Assembly (NCBI GenBank): GCA_963832745.1
Contig: CAWHVC010000005.1
Span: 384,001-448,000, forward strand
Direction of reading: 5' to 3'
Length of the DNA: 64,000 nt
Source of the DNA: Candidatus Bathyarchaeota archaeon
GTDB taxonomy: Archaea > Thermoproteota > Bathyarchaeia > Bathyarchaeales > Bathycorpusculaceae
The notes under the pieces are model-generated. The model made no database searches. It saw only the letters and a list, made by a program, of their open reading frames with translations, and was not told the DNA's origin. Within the stretch, counting starts at the first letter, position 1, and each line of letters begins with the position of its first letter. The position numbers and the translations under genes were made by a program. This document shows positions 26,402 to 36,026 of the stretch, piece by piece.

Positions 26402-26722
26402 GCTTATCAGTTTTTTCTTAAGAAAGCCACCTGATGCAAGGCATTTTTTTTAACAAGGAAATGCTTTACTGAAAAAATAGGATTACGTCTAAACGCAACC
26501 TCCATTTTTACATTAACCCTCAAATTTAGCAGCGATAGAAAAAAGAGAACTTTATCAGTACAAAATAAGGGATGTCTCGATAACTTTTTGGTTCAAATTT
26601 TTGCACAAGAAAAACTGATTCAAAGGCATTTTTGGAGAAGCATCAATATTTGTCTCCTTAAAGTGGGCTTTAGAAAACAAAAAGCTAAAAAAAGAAGCGG
26701 TTTTGTGCCAAAAAATGGGGGT

Positions 26723-27469
26723 TTAGATGCTTGCTTTATTGAGGGCATACATGCTTCCTATGAAAAACGCCAAACCGAAACCTAACAGAACCGCCAGAGA
26801 TAGCCATGGAAAAGCATCTCCCAAAGCCGCTGCCCGCAAACATACACTTGACTGGGTAAGAGGCAAAGTTGACAACACAATTTTGGCTGCATCCGGCAAC
26901 TGGTTTAGTGAAAAGAATGTGCCGCAAAGGAAAGTCATCGGTAGAATAACCAGGTTGCTGAACGTATTCATGTTTTGATGACTATTTATCACCAGAGCTA
27001 CAAGCACACCGAAGAGCGAAAATGCAAAGCAGGAAACTATCAGCGACACAATGAAAAGGGGATTAACAATCAAAGTTGGTGACAACAATAAGCCAACCGC
27101 TAATATTGCAGATGCACTTAAGAGCCCCCGTAAGGCACCGATTAGCGTTTTGCCCAATATGATTGAGTATGGCTGGATTGGCGACATTAAGAGTTCGTCG
27201 AAGCTTTTGTAGAATAAACGGTCTACCTGAAGTTTTGAGGCTGCACCGTTGAAACTGGCAGAAAAAGCGGTTAACGCAACGATTCCGGGCACGACAAATG
27301 CAAGGTAGCTGACTTCGCCGACGCTGACATCTCTGCCTAAACCGTAACCAAAAGCCACTAAATACAGCAATGGCAAAATAAGGCTGGTAACTACAGTAGA
27401 ACGCCAATGTCTCCTTAAATTACGCAAATCAACCCAAAACACTGAGTAAATATCACTTAAAGCATTCAT
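26723..27469 (-). CDS. ABC-2 type exporter permease
   Basis: YLAFVVPGIVAL, ELLMSP, PMTFLCGTFF; six TM segments. Confidence 0.88.
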   Translation of the reverse strand: MNALSDIYSVFWVDLRNLRRHWRSTVVTSLILPLLYLVAFGYGLGRDVSVGEVSYLAFVVPGIVALTAFSASFNGAASKLQVDRLFYKSFDELLMSPIQPYSIILGKTLIGALRGLLSASAILAVGLLLSPTLIVNPLFIVSLIVSCFAFSLFGVLVALVINSHQNMNTFSNLVILPMTFLCGTFFSLNQLPDAAKIVLSTLPLTQSSVCLRAAALGDAFPWLSLAVLLGFGLAFFIGSMYALNKASI

Positions 27470-28353
27470 TAAGCATCACCTACTTTTTCACCGGTCTGTT
27501 CAACAAAGACGTCTTCCAGGTTTGTTTCACGTATAATGATAGTTTTAGCGTCAACTGACAGGTTTTGGATGTGCCGTGTTGCTTCTGCACGATCTGGGAA
27601 ATATTGATAATGGGTTTCTTTGTTGTCAACAAGGGTTTCTACCGTTATTTGGCCTAGCTTTTTTCTTAATTCTTTAGGGGTGTCCAATGCTATTAATCCG
27701 CCATGATGCATTATTCCAACGCGTCCACAGAGGGCTTCGGCTTCTTCAATATAATGGGTTGTTAAGAAAATGGTTGTGCCATCCAAGTTTAAGCGCCGTA
27801 TTAAATCCCACAGTTTGCGGCGGGCTTGAGGGTCCAAACCTACGGTTGGTTCATCTAAGAACAGGACTGAAGGCTCATGAAGCAGGCTGCAGATGATGGC
27901 TGCTTTTTTCTTCATGCCACCAGACAGAGTGTCAACCATTTTGTCGGCATATTCGGTGAGTTCTACGTAGGTTAGCAATTCAGAAATGCGTTGTTTACGG
28001 TTAGAACCATCTAAATGGTGAAGTCTAGCGTGAAATTCCATGTTTTCTTTAACGGTTAAATCACGGTCTAAACTGATATGTTGCTGAACTACGCCGATTA
28101 CTTCTTTGACTTTTTCAGGCTCTTTTAACACATCAAAGCCACCTACTAACGCTGTTCCTGAAGTAGGCTTAGTTAAAGTAGTTAAGACACGAATAGTCGT
28201 GGTTTTTCCTGCACCGTTTGGACCTAAAAAACCAAAGATTTCGCCTTTATGAATGGACAAGTCAAGGTCGTTTATGGCTTTGATGTTAGCGTATTGTTTG
28301 GTTAATTTTTTTGTTGAAATGAAATCTTGCATACAAATGCTCCTAATTGTCAT
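27469..28353 (-). CDS. ABC exporter ATP-binding subunit (DrrA/NodI-like)
   Basis: GPNGAGKTT, LSGGM, LDEPTVGLD, TTHY; alternative start ATG 28332. Confidence 0.9.
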   Translation of the reverse strand: MTIRSICMQDFISTKKLTKQYANIKAINDLDLSIHKGEIFGFLGPNGAGKTTTIRVLTTLTKPTSGTALVGGFDVLKEPEKVKEVIGVVQQHISLDRDLTVKENMEFHARLHHLDGSNRKQRISELLTYVELTEYADKMVDTLSGGMKKKAAIICSLLHEPSVLFLDEPTVGLDPQARRKLWDLIRRLNLDGTTIFLTTHYIEEAEALCGRVGIMHHGGLIALDTPKELRKKLGQITVETLVDNKETHYQYFPDRAEATRHIQNLSVDAKTIIIRETNLEDVFVEQTGEKVGDA

Positions 28354-29101
28354 GTTTTTTTAATGCGTCGGTTACGGCAGTTTTGGCTGCTGCACCGATT
28401 AACTCACCCATTTTTGTGTGCCCGCCAGTGTGGCAAATGACATTTGTTGGGTCGGTTCCTGAAACTATAATCATGCTGTCGGTTCCTGTACCTGTTGCTT
28501 GGATTTTTGGCGAACTGGAACTGCGGTAATCGAGGTCTTGAAGTGCAGCGGTTTTGGCTTCAGTTGCGGTCATGATTGCTCTGGCCATGGCGCCTTCAGT
28601 TAGGACAACATTAGTTAACAAGAGAATGTTTATAGTTCCTGAAGCCATTTGGAAGCCTTCACTTTTTTCCAGCCAACCACCTATGTCTACGCCGGTTCGA
28701 AGCGCATTGTTTTTGGCGCCTGCAGTTGCTAAGCAGCAAACGTGGAAGTCTTTGTATGATTTTTCGTTTACAGCTAACTTTTCCATGTCTACTCCTGTGC
28801 TCATCAAGGCTATTTCGGACGGTTTAATTCCTAGTGTGAGGGGCAAGGTTTTTTGAAATTTTTGGTAGGCTTTTATGGTCATTATTTCTTCGGAGAGTCG
28901 CAGTGGAACGTAAGTGTTTGCTACGTGGTTGACTTTTTTTAGTCCGTCAAGGGTTGAGAGCACCTTACGTTTTTCCACAAAAGAGATTAGTAAAGTGTTT
29001 AATTCTACGTCGTTGTATGAATGATAAACTATTTTGACATCTATTGGATCTAATTCAAGATTTACTCGTGTTTCTTTAAATTTTGTTAAATCATATTTCA
29101 A
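28343..29101 (-). CDS. cbiZ: Adenosylcobinamide amidohydrolase
   Basis: ATAG..NA, GTINILL, TATEAKTAAL, ATGTGTD. Confidence 0.9.
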   Translation of the reverse strand: MKYDLTKFKETRVNLELDPIDVKIVYHSYNDVELNTLLISFVEKRKVLSTLDGLKKVNHVANTYVPLRLSEEIMTIKAYQKFQKTLPLTLGIKPSEIALMSTGVDMEKLAVNEKSYKDFHVCCLATAGAKNNALRTGVDIGGWLEKSEGFQMASGTINILLLTNVVLTEGAMARAIMTATEAKTAALQDLDYRSSSSPKIQATGTGTDSMIIVSGTDPTNVICHTGGHTKMGELIGAAAKTAVTDALKKHDN

Positions 29102-29133
29102 ATTTATTTTCTCCTCATCAATTCAATATTTGA

Positions 29134-32100
29134 TTATTTTTCGTTTGATTCTTCAAGCAAACCTTCCACGTTTAAACAGATTTTTTGAAGAGCCCGTTTC
29201 ATTTCCTCAGAAGCATTCCACATGTTGCGTTCAATAGCTTCCAGCAGACGTTCAACCATGTTTTGAAGCGCATACGGGTTAACCTCTTCAAGCCACTGCT
29301 GCATAGCTTTGTCTAAAACGTATTTTTTCGCCAAATCCTCATACATCCAATCCTCAACAACCTCAACCGTAGCATCCCAACCCAAAACGTTATCCAACGT
29401 TTTAGAGAGGTCAGCGGCGCCTTGGTATCCATGACGCTTCATGCTTTCAATGTACTTAGGGTTGAGAAGACGTGAACGGAAAACGGTGCAGGTTTCTTCT
29501 GCAGTGCTCCTCACTTTCACTCGGTTAGGGTCTGAACTGTCGCCACAGTATGAACGGGGTACCTTGCCACCAGTAACTTTTACAGCAGTAATCATGCCGC
29601 CGTGAGCATCATACCAGTCGTCGCCATCCAAAATGTCATATTCACGTGAATCCTGATTTTTTACGGTAACATTGATTCTGCTTAGGCACCGTTTGAACTG
29701 TTCAGGCATTTGACGCCCGTAGGTTTTACGGGTGTAGGCGTAGCTGCCCCAGTTGATGTAGATGTCGCTTAGGTCTTTTTGGTCTTTCCAGTTTTTAGAA
29801 TCTACTGCTTCGCTTACTCCACAACCATAAGCGCCTGGACGGTCACCGAAAACTCGGTAAAGGGCTTCTTCATGCGCTACTTTAGCAGCTACACCTTTTG
29901 CCGTTTGTTCCGAAACTTGAGTTTCTACATGTTTAGCGATAAAATTCTGTTCAGGAGACTCTTTTAAACCTGCAATTAAGCTTACAGCTTCATCCAGTAA
30001 ATTGACAACGTTTGGGAAGGTGTCACGGAATAATCCGCTTATCCGCATGGTAACGTCAATCCGGGGCCTCTTCAATTCTTCAAGAGGTATTGCTTGGATG
30101 CCGGTGACTCTGCCGCTAGACCGTTCCCACACGGGCTTTACACCCATCAAGTACAGGATTTCAGCGATGTCATCGCCTTTGGTTTTCATTATGTCGGTGG
30201 CCCAAATGATTATACCAACGCTTTCAGGGTATTTGCCTTCTTCTTTGAGGTAACGTTCCAGCAAAGCGTCTCCCAGAGCCACGCCAACTTTCCATGAAGC
30301 CGTTGTAGGGACGGTTCGGGGGTCTACTGAATAAAAGTTTCTGCCGGTAGGCAAAATGTCAGCCATTCCCCGAGTGATGGAACCAGAAGGACCAGGTGGA
30401 ACGTAACCTGCAGAGCAACCAGAAATAGTGTTAGTTAACTCGTCAGTGGTAGCGGCTAATGCAGGTGCAAGAAAGTTTACTATGTAATAGAGGACACTGT
30501 GAACTTGGGGGTCATCTTTGCCGAGCACTTCAAAGAGTATTTTGGGAATGGCTTGCTCATTGAAGTTTTGAGCGTGCAGTTTCTGGATGAGTTCAAGCGA
30601 AACCTCGTAGAGTTCTTTGAGTCGGTCGCCGTTGGTTTTGTCGTCACTGCAGAGTTTGCCTCGATGCACCAGCAGGTCTTCATAGTCATAGCCGTAATGT
30701 TCCGCAAGAGATTCACGCAGTGAAGGCACAGAACCGTTACTTAAACGGGTTAAAGTAACCAGAAATTCGTCCAACTGTTGGTCTTTTGGCGCTTCACCTA
30801 AAATGTGCATGCCATCACGTATTTGGGCATCCGACAACTCGTTAATGTAACCGTGAAGCCTCTCCAAGAAATCGTCAAAATCAGCAAACACGGCGTCTTG
30901 GGTAACGTTTAGGTCTTGGTCAAGTTTTGCTTGAACCACGTTTTCCCAGATTAAGTTACGGTAAACAGGTAGTTTATCTGGATCAACGATTTTTGCGTGG
31001 TAATACTCTTGGAGTTGAACTTCAAGTTTCGCCAGTTCCTCGTAAGAGTCGGCGTTGTGCATAACTGGAACAAGATACTCTATGATACAGCAGTAGCTTC
31101 GCCGTTTAGCTTGAGTGCCTTCGCCGGGGTTAGTGATTACGTATGGGTAAATGTTTGGTAAATCAGAAATTGCAATGTCAGGCTGGCAAGAAGCAGATAA
31201 CCCAACAGATTTTCCAGGTAACCATTCGAGTGAGCCGTGAGTACCGATGTGCATGATTACGTTGGCTTTAAACACGTCACGTATCCAACGGTAGTATGAA
31301 TGGTAATGATGAGGCATGGTTATGTCTGGGCTATGGTAAAGGCTTGAAGATGAAGTATCTAAGTAGCCGCGTGGAGGCTGCAGTCCTATGAATACGTTGC
31401 CGTTGATTATGCCTGCAACTAACAGTTTGTCATTGAAGGTGAAGATTTTGCCTGGATGCGTTCCCCAGTCCGTATCCATTTTGCTGGAAACGTCAAGAGG
31501 CAACTCGTTAAACCATTCCGTGTACTGTTTGCTTGAGATTTTGTCTAAGGCGCGGTCATAGAGTTCTTTGGGGCTTGCCCATCTGCGGTCGTTTGTTAAA
31601 CCGTTAATTATTGTGTCCATTAGTTTTTGGCTGCTTTCAGGCAACGCATCAAGAGTATAGCCTTCAGTTTTTAGTGCTTTCAGGATATTCATAACTGATA
31701 CGGAAGAATCCAAGCCAAACGCGTGTCCAATGGTGTCATTTCTTGGCGGATAATTATGAAAAATAATCGCAACTTTCTTTTCACCGTTAGTTAACCTGCG
31801 CAGTTTACCCCAGTTTATAACTAAATGAACGAGTTTCTGTATTCGTTCAGGCAATGGCTCATATTTGATTAGCCGCGTCTTTGTGGATGAGTTAGTTTGA
31901 CAGCAATCCATAGCGGCAACTGGCACAGTTATCAATGCACCATCCAATTCGGGCAATGCTACATTCGCAGGTATATCCATGATGCTTAAGCCTTGAATGG
32001 AGTCACGCCACTCCTGTGCAGTATTGCAGGTAAGGATTGCTTTGATTATGGGAACCCCAAGTTTTTTGAGTACCCCAGAAGCTTCTGCACCGGAAAGGCA

Positions 32101-32880
32101 GGTTGTGAATGAGAAAGAGAACAGGCTAACGACGACGTCAACTACGGGTTTGCCGCCTTTTCGGAAGTAGTTATCAATCACCCATTCAAGACCGTTAATG
32201 CCAAGTTTCTGGTTTTTTGAACCACTAAAAAACACGGGCAACACGTTTGCGCCTTGACCTTCAATTTCGCGGATTGTATAATCGATGAAGCTTGTGTTTC
32301 CGCCTTGCCAGTGACTTTGATGGAACCATAATCCCACAGTCACTTTGTTGGAGGCTACTTTCTTTTCTAAGTATTCAGCCAGCGTGGGGAGATAATCTTT
32401 AAAGTCAGGGTGATAAATGCCTTCCCAAACCGGTTTAGAGGGAGCCTCGAAACGGTAGTCGGCACCAGTGAAACGGTTGGCAACACAATATAGCAAGTTT
32501 TCAAAATTCTTTTTTCCACCATAGTTGAGGTAGAAAAAGATTTTTTGGCGATCTTCCGGTTCAATTGTAGAGTATTTGTTGTAGTCTTTAGCTCCAAAAA
32601 ACGAGGAACACACTACAAGCGGAACCTTAACCTGTTTTAGCGTTTCAACCAGTTTATCCATTTCAGGCAAATCACCCATCAAGTGAACAATAACTAAATG
32701 TGCGGTTTTTGAGAACTGGATAAAATCGTCCAAGACGCCGAAATCCCGAAAATCGCCGCCTGTACGAAGACACAACTCAATACTGCAGGGGGTTTTTTGG
32801 TTTATTGTTTTAGCCGCTTCTATGGCTGGTACTGCGTCGGTTGGAATTGTTGTGACTAATGCTATTTTTGTAGGGTTCAT
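29134..32880 (-). CDS. cobN: Cobaltochelatase CobN subunit
   Basis: HIGTHGSLEWLPGK, PGEGTQAKRR, LPTGRNFY, RPRIDV, ISGLFRD, RLLNPKYIESMKRHGY. Confidence 0.95.
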   Translation of the reverse strand: MNPTKIALVTTIPTDAVPAIEAAKTINQKTPCSIELCLRTGGDFRDFGVLDDFIQFSKTAHLVIVHLMGDLPEMDKLVETLKQVKVPLVVCSSFFGAKDYNKYSTIEPEDRQKIFFYLNYGGKKNFENLLYCVANRFTGADYRFEAPSKPVWEGIYHPDFKDYLPTLAEYLEKKVASNKVTVGLWFHQSHWQGGNTSFIDYTIREIEGQGANVLPVFFSGSKNQKLGINGLEWVIDNYFRKGGKPVVDVVVSLFSFSFTTCLSGAEASGVLKKLGVPIIKAILTCNTAQEWRDSIQGLSIMDIPANVALPELDGALITVPVAAMDCCQTNSSTKTRLIKYEPLPERIQKLVHLVINWGKLRRLTNGEKKVAIIFHNYPPRNDTIGHAFGLDSSVSVMNILKALKTEGYTLDALPESSQKLMDTIINGLTNDRRWASPKELYDRALDKISSKQYTEWFNELPLDVSSKMDTDWGTHPGKIFTFNDKLLVAGIINGNVFIGLQPPRGYLDTSSSSLYHSPDITMPHHYHSYYRWIRDVFKANVIMHIGTHGSLEWLPGKSVGLSASCQPDIAISDLPNIYPYVITNPGEGTQAKRRSYCCIIEYLVPVMHNADSYEELAKLEVQLQEYYHAKIVDPDKLPVYRNLIWENVVQAKLDQDLNVTQDAVFADFDDFLERLHGYINELSDAQIRDGMHILGEAPKDQQLDEFLVTLTRLSNGSVPSLRESLAEHYGYDYEDLLVHRGKLCSDDKTNGDRLKELYEVSLELIQKLHAQNFNEQAIPKILFEVLGKDDPQVHSVLYYIVNFLAPALAATTDELTNTISGCSAGYVPPGPSGSITRGMADILPTGRNFYSVDPRTVPTTASWKVGVALGDALLERYLKEEGKYPESVGIIIWATDIMKTKGDDIAEILYLMGVKPVWERSSGRVTGIQAIPLEELKRPRIDVTMRISGLFRDTFPNVVNLLDEAVSLIAGLKESPEQNFIAKHVETQVSEQTAKGVAAKVAHEEALYRVFGDRPGAYGCGVSEAVDSKNWKDQKDLSDIYINWGSYAYTRKTYGRQMPEQFKRCLSRINVTVKNQDSREYDILDGDDWYDAHGGMITAVKVTGGKVPRSYCGDSSDPNRVKVRSTAEETCTVFRSRLLNPKYIESMKRHGYQGAADLSKTLDNVLGWDATVEVVEDWMYEDLAKKYVLDKAMQQWLEEVNPYALQNMVERLLEAIERNMWNASEEMKRALQKICLNVEGLLEESNEK

Positions 32881-32895
32881 TTCTGTTTTCTCCGT

Positions 32896-33702
32896 TTAAA
32901 TTGTACTGATAAATGGTGACTGTTTAGGAATGGAGTCGGTTAAAATCGGGGTTATTTGGGGTTTACCGATAACTGAACTGGATACTTTTGCTTTGATTCC
33001 GTAAACTGCTTCAATATTTTCTTCAGTCAATACTTCTTCTGGGGTGCCTACTGCGTAAATGGCGCCTTTTTTAAGCATAAGCATTCGATCGGAAAAGCGG
33101 CTTGCTAAATTCAAGTCATGCAGGGTTACTATGACTGAGCGTTCTTTGCTTTGCGACAGACTTTTTAGTAAACAGAGGATTTCGAGTTGATGCTTAATAT
33201 CCAAGGAACTGGTGGGTTCGTCAAGCAGCATAAGTTTTGGTTGTTGGGCAAGCGCTCGTGCAATTATGACTTTTTGCTGTTCACCACCGCTAAGTTCATT
33301 AAAATGCCGCATTGCCAAATGACCGATGCCCAAAAAATCCAGCATGTTAACAACGATTTCGCTGTCTCGGTCGCTTACGCTCCAGTGAATGTAGGGTTTT
33401 CTACCCATCATGACAACGTCGAAAACGGTGAAGGGAAAAGTGCTCGATGAACTTTGGGGAACGTACCCCATGAGTTTAGATAATTCTTTGATGTTAAGTT
33501 GGTTAAGGTCTGTGTTGTCTATCGTGACGGTTTTTTGTTTGGTTTTCAGTATTCTGTTAATGCATTTGAGGAGGGTGCTTTTTCCTGAACCGTTGGGACC
33601 AACTATACTTAGCATTTCGCCGAGGCCAACTTCGAGCGTTATTTCTTTTAGGATTTGAACGTCAGTGTAGTTGAATGAAAGCTTGTTTATTGAGAGTTTC
33701 AT
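32896..33702 (-). CDS. Cobalamin/Fe-siderophore ABC importer ATPase (BtuD/FecE-like)
   Basis: GPNGSGKST, LSGGEQQKV, LDEPTSSLD, HDLNLA. Confidence 0.9.
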   Translation of the reverse strand: MKLSINKLSFNYTDVQILKEITLEVGLGEMLSIVGPNGSGKSTLLKCINRILKTKQKTVTIDNTDLNQLNIKELSKLMGYVPQSSSSTFPFTVFDVVMMGRKPYIHWSVSDRDSEIVVNMLDFLGIGHLAMRHFNELSGGEQQKVIIARALAQQPKLMLLDEPTSSLDIKHQLEILCLLKSLSQSKERSVIVTLHDLNLASRFSDRMLMLKKGAIYAVGTPEEVLTEENIEAVYGIKAKVSSSVIGKPQITPILTDSIPKQSPFISTI

Positions 33703-34790
33703 TTGAAGCTTTGCCTCCGCTTGTTAACAAGCAAGTAAATGAAGAAGGGTACACCGAGCAAGGACGTTACAATGCCGACTGGAATTTCAGTTGGCATAAT
33801 GATTAATCGCCCAACAGTATCCGCCATCAGAAGGGTAAATGAACCAACAAGAATGCTGCAGGGAATTAGGTAACGGTGGTCATTGCCGATTAGCATTCTT
33901 GCAATATGAGGAGCAACTAAATCGACAAAACCAATCACGCCAGTGAAAGCGATTATGCTTGCAGTCGCAACTGTTTCGAGTATCATGTTTATGCTTAGAA
34001 CTCGTTTGGAGTTGACGCCTAAGCTTACAGCAACGTCTTCGCCCATGCTCATTATATTGATGTTCCATGACTGGAAAATCATGATAATTATTGTTACTGC
34101 AACGATTGGCAAGCAGATGAGTATGTTATCCCAGTTTGCAGTGTATAAGCCACCCATTAGCCAGAAAACTATGGCTTGCACGGCTTTTTCCTGAGGCGCA
34201 ACGTACTGAATCAAGGAAAGCAATGCAGAGAAGAGAAAACCAACCGCAACGCCTGCCAGAATCACGGTTTCTGAACTCATACCTCTAACCCGCGCGATAC
34301 AATAAACCACTATCATCGCTAGCATGCAGAAAATGAAAGCGTTACCGACAACAAGGTACCCGCCGACGGCAGATATTACGCCTACACCAAAGACCATGGC
34401 TAACGCGGCGCCGAACCCTGCAGCGGAAGAAATCCCTAAAACGTAAGAAGAAACAAGAGGATTGCGTAGAATGCCTTGCATTGTTGCTCCTGCAGCGGCT
34501 AAACCTGCTCCGGCAATTATTGCCAAGACTATTCTGGGCAACCGTATGGTCCAAATTATTGTTTGCTCCAGCGTTGAGCCGGGGTCAAGATGCAGGAACG
34601 GAAAAGTTTTTGCTGCAATTACACGCAAAGCTGCTTGAATGCTTGGCGAAGCAGCCCCTAGGCTAATAGACACGCAAGCTACAGCTATTAAAGCCAAAAA
34701 AATAGAGAAAATTACGAGTATTTTTCGTTTTTTACCTTTGCTATACTGCTTTTTTACCTCAAGCATTGTAGTATTAGCGGTTGTTGTCAT
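33699..34790 (-). CDS. FecCD/BtuC-family permease
   Basis: IRLPRI, QGILRNPL, LGISSAA, GVIGFVDLVAPHIAR, EIPVGIVT. Confidence 0.92.
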   Translation of the reverse strand: MTTTANTTMLEVKKQYSKGKKRKILVIFSIFLALIAVACVSISLGAASPSIQAALRVIAAKTFPFLHLDPGSTLEQTIIWTIRLPRIVLAIIAGAGLAAAGATMQGILRNPLVSSYVLGISSAAGFGAALAMVFGVGVISAVGGYLVVGNAFIFCMLAMIVVYCIARVRGMSSETVILAGVAVGFLFSALLSLIQYVAPQEKAVQAIVFWLMGGLYTANWDNILICLPIVAVTIIIMIFQSWNINIMSMGEDVAVSLGVNSKRVLSINMILETVATASIIAFTGVIGFVDLVAPHIARMLIGNDHRYLIPCSILVGSFTLLMADTVGRLIIMPTEIPVGIVTSLLGVPFFIYLLVNKRRQSFK

Positions 34791-36007
34791 GGATACGCAA
34801 ACGTCCCTTCAATTTGTGTTCCAAAAAATTTCTGATTCAATTCTTGGTTAACAGTTGCTGGGTCTATGTCAGAGAAGAGGCTTGGCTGCATCCATTTTGC
34901 CCAGTAAAGATAGCCAACTACACTTCTAACACCATTTCTAGCGCTAAAGTCACAGATGTAGACTCTACCGTTTTTGACTGCGTCGACATCTTGGAGGGTA
35001 GCTCTGCTCATTATATCATTTCTTGCTGCAATGAAATCGTTAGTGTCATGCGTTGTGCTGCTGATCAATGAAATGATTACTGAAGGGTTCTGTTCTACTA
35101 CGAATTCAGGACTAAGTATTGGTGAGAAAACGCTTTGGTTTTCTGCAATGTTGATTCCGCCGCCTTGATACACGGTTTGAGTTACAAATGTTTGATAAGG
35201 ATAGCCGTACCATTCAAGGAAAACTTTGGCTTGCTGTTCAGGTTCTAATGTGTAAATGCGGTCTTTTACGAGTTTATTGTAACTTTGTGCCCAATCAACG
35301 TATTGGGTTACTTGTTCTTGGTGTCCAACGATTGTGGTGAGGTTTTGCATTAAGCCGCAGGCAAAGTCAATTGTTGTCGGTGAAGCATAAAGCTCGTCTT
35401 TAGTCAGCTCAGAGGGGTTAACTGGTTCAGGACTAGTAGTGTCAACGATGTAAACTGGTATGCCTGAACCCTTTAGCTGTTCATAAGCAGTTGGATTGTA
35501 GGGCAACATTGAACTTGCAAAAATAACGTCAGGATTAAGCTCTATTGTGGCTTCAACGTTTGGTGCATAATCATTTTCACCAAGCGAGGTAACGTTTTGG
35601 ATTGAAGGGGGCATGGTGCAGCTGGTTGTGCGTCCAACAATCAGGTTTTGAACGCCCATTGAGCAGAGAATTTCTGTGATGCCGCTGTCTAGGCTAACGA
35701 TGCGTTTTATGGGCAAAGAAATTGTCATGGTATTTCCGGCGCCGTCAGTTACGGTTACGCTTGTTGGACTGGCTGTTGGGGTAAGTGTGGGTGTTGGGGT
35801 TGCTGTTGGTGTGGTGGTAGCGGTTGGATTGGTTGTTTCTGAAGGTGTCGGTGTTGAAGTTGCCGCTGGAGTGTTTGTTGAAGAAGTACTGGGGCCAGGA
35901 GTGGTAGCAGGGGAACCAGACAGGAAAAGGTTGTAAGTTCCGTAAACCAAAGCTGATGCAACAACTAGAATTAGAACGGTTGCGATGATTGTAGCTCTTT
36001 TATTCAT
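34787..36007 (-). CDS. BtuF-like substrate-binding protein with N-terminal TM anchor and Thr/Pro linker
   Basis: VTVTDGAG...PIKRIVSL, PNVEATIELNPDVI, AVKNGRVY. Confidence 0.88.
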   Translation of the reverse strand: MNKRATIIATVLILVVASALVYGTYNLFLSGSPATTPGPSTSSTNTPAATSTPTPSETTNPTATTTPTATPTPTLTPTASPTSVTVTDGAGNTMTISLPIKRIVSLDSGITEILCSMGVQNLIVGRTTSCTMPPSIQNVTSLGENDYAPNVEATIELNPDVIFASSMLPYNPTAYEQLKGSGIPVYIVDTTSPEPVNPSELTKDELYASPTTIDFACGLMQNLTTIVGHQEQVTQYVDWAQSYNKLVKDRIYTLEPEQQAKVFLEWYGYPYQTFVTQTVYQGGGINIAENQSVFSPILSPEFVVEQNPSVIISLISSTTHDTNDFIAARNDIMSRATLQDVDAVKNGRVYICDFSARNGVRSVVGYLYWAKWMQPSLFSDIDPATVNQELNQKFFGTQIEGTFAYP

Positions 36008-36026
36008 TTTTTCTTGTCACCTCTCA

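Noticed and set aside
35755-35910. GTT/GGT-rich repeat as a DNA repeat element
   Set aside because: It encodes the Thr/Pro linker of the substrate-binding protein
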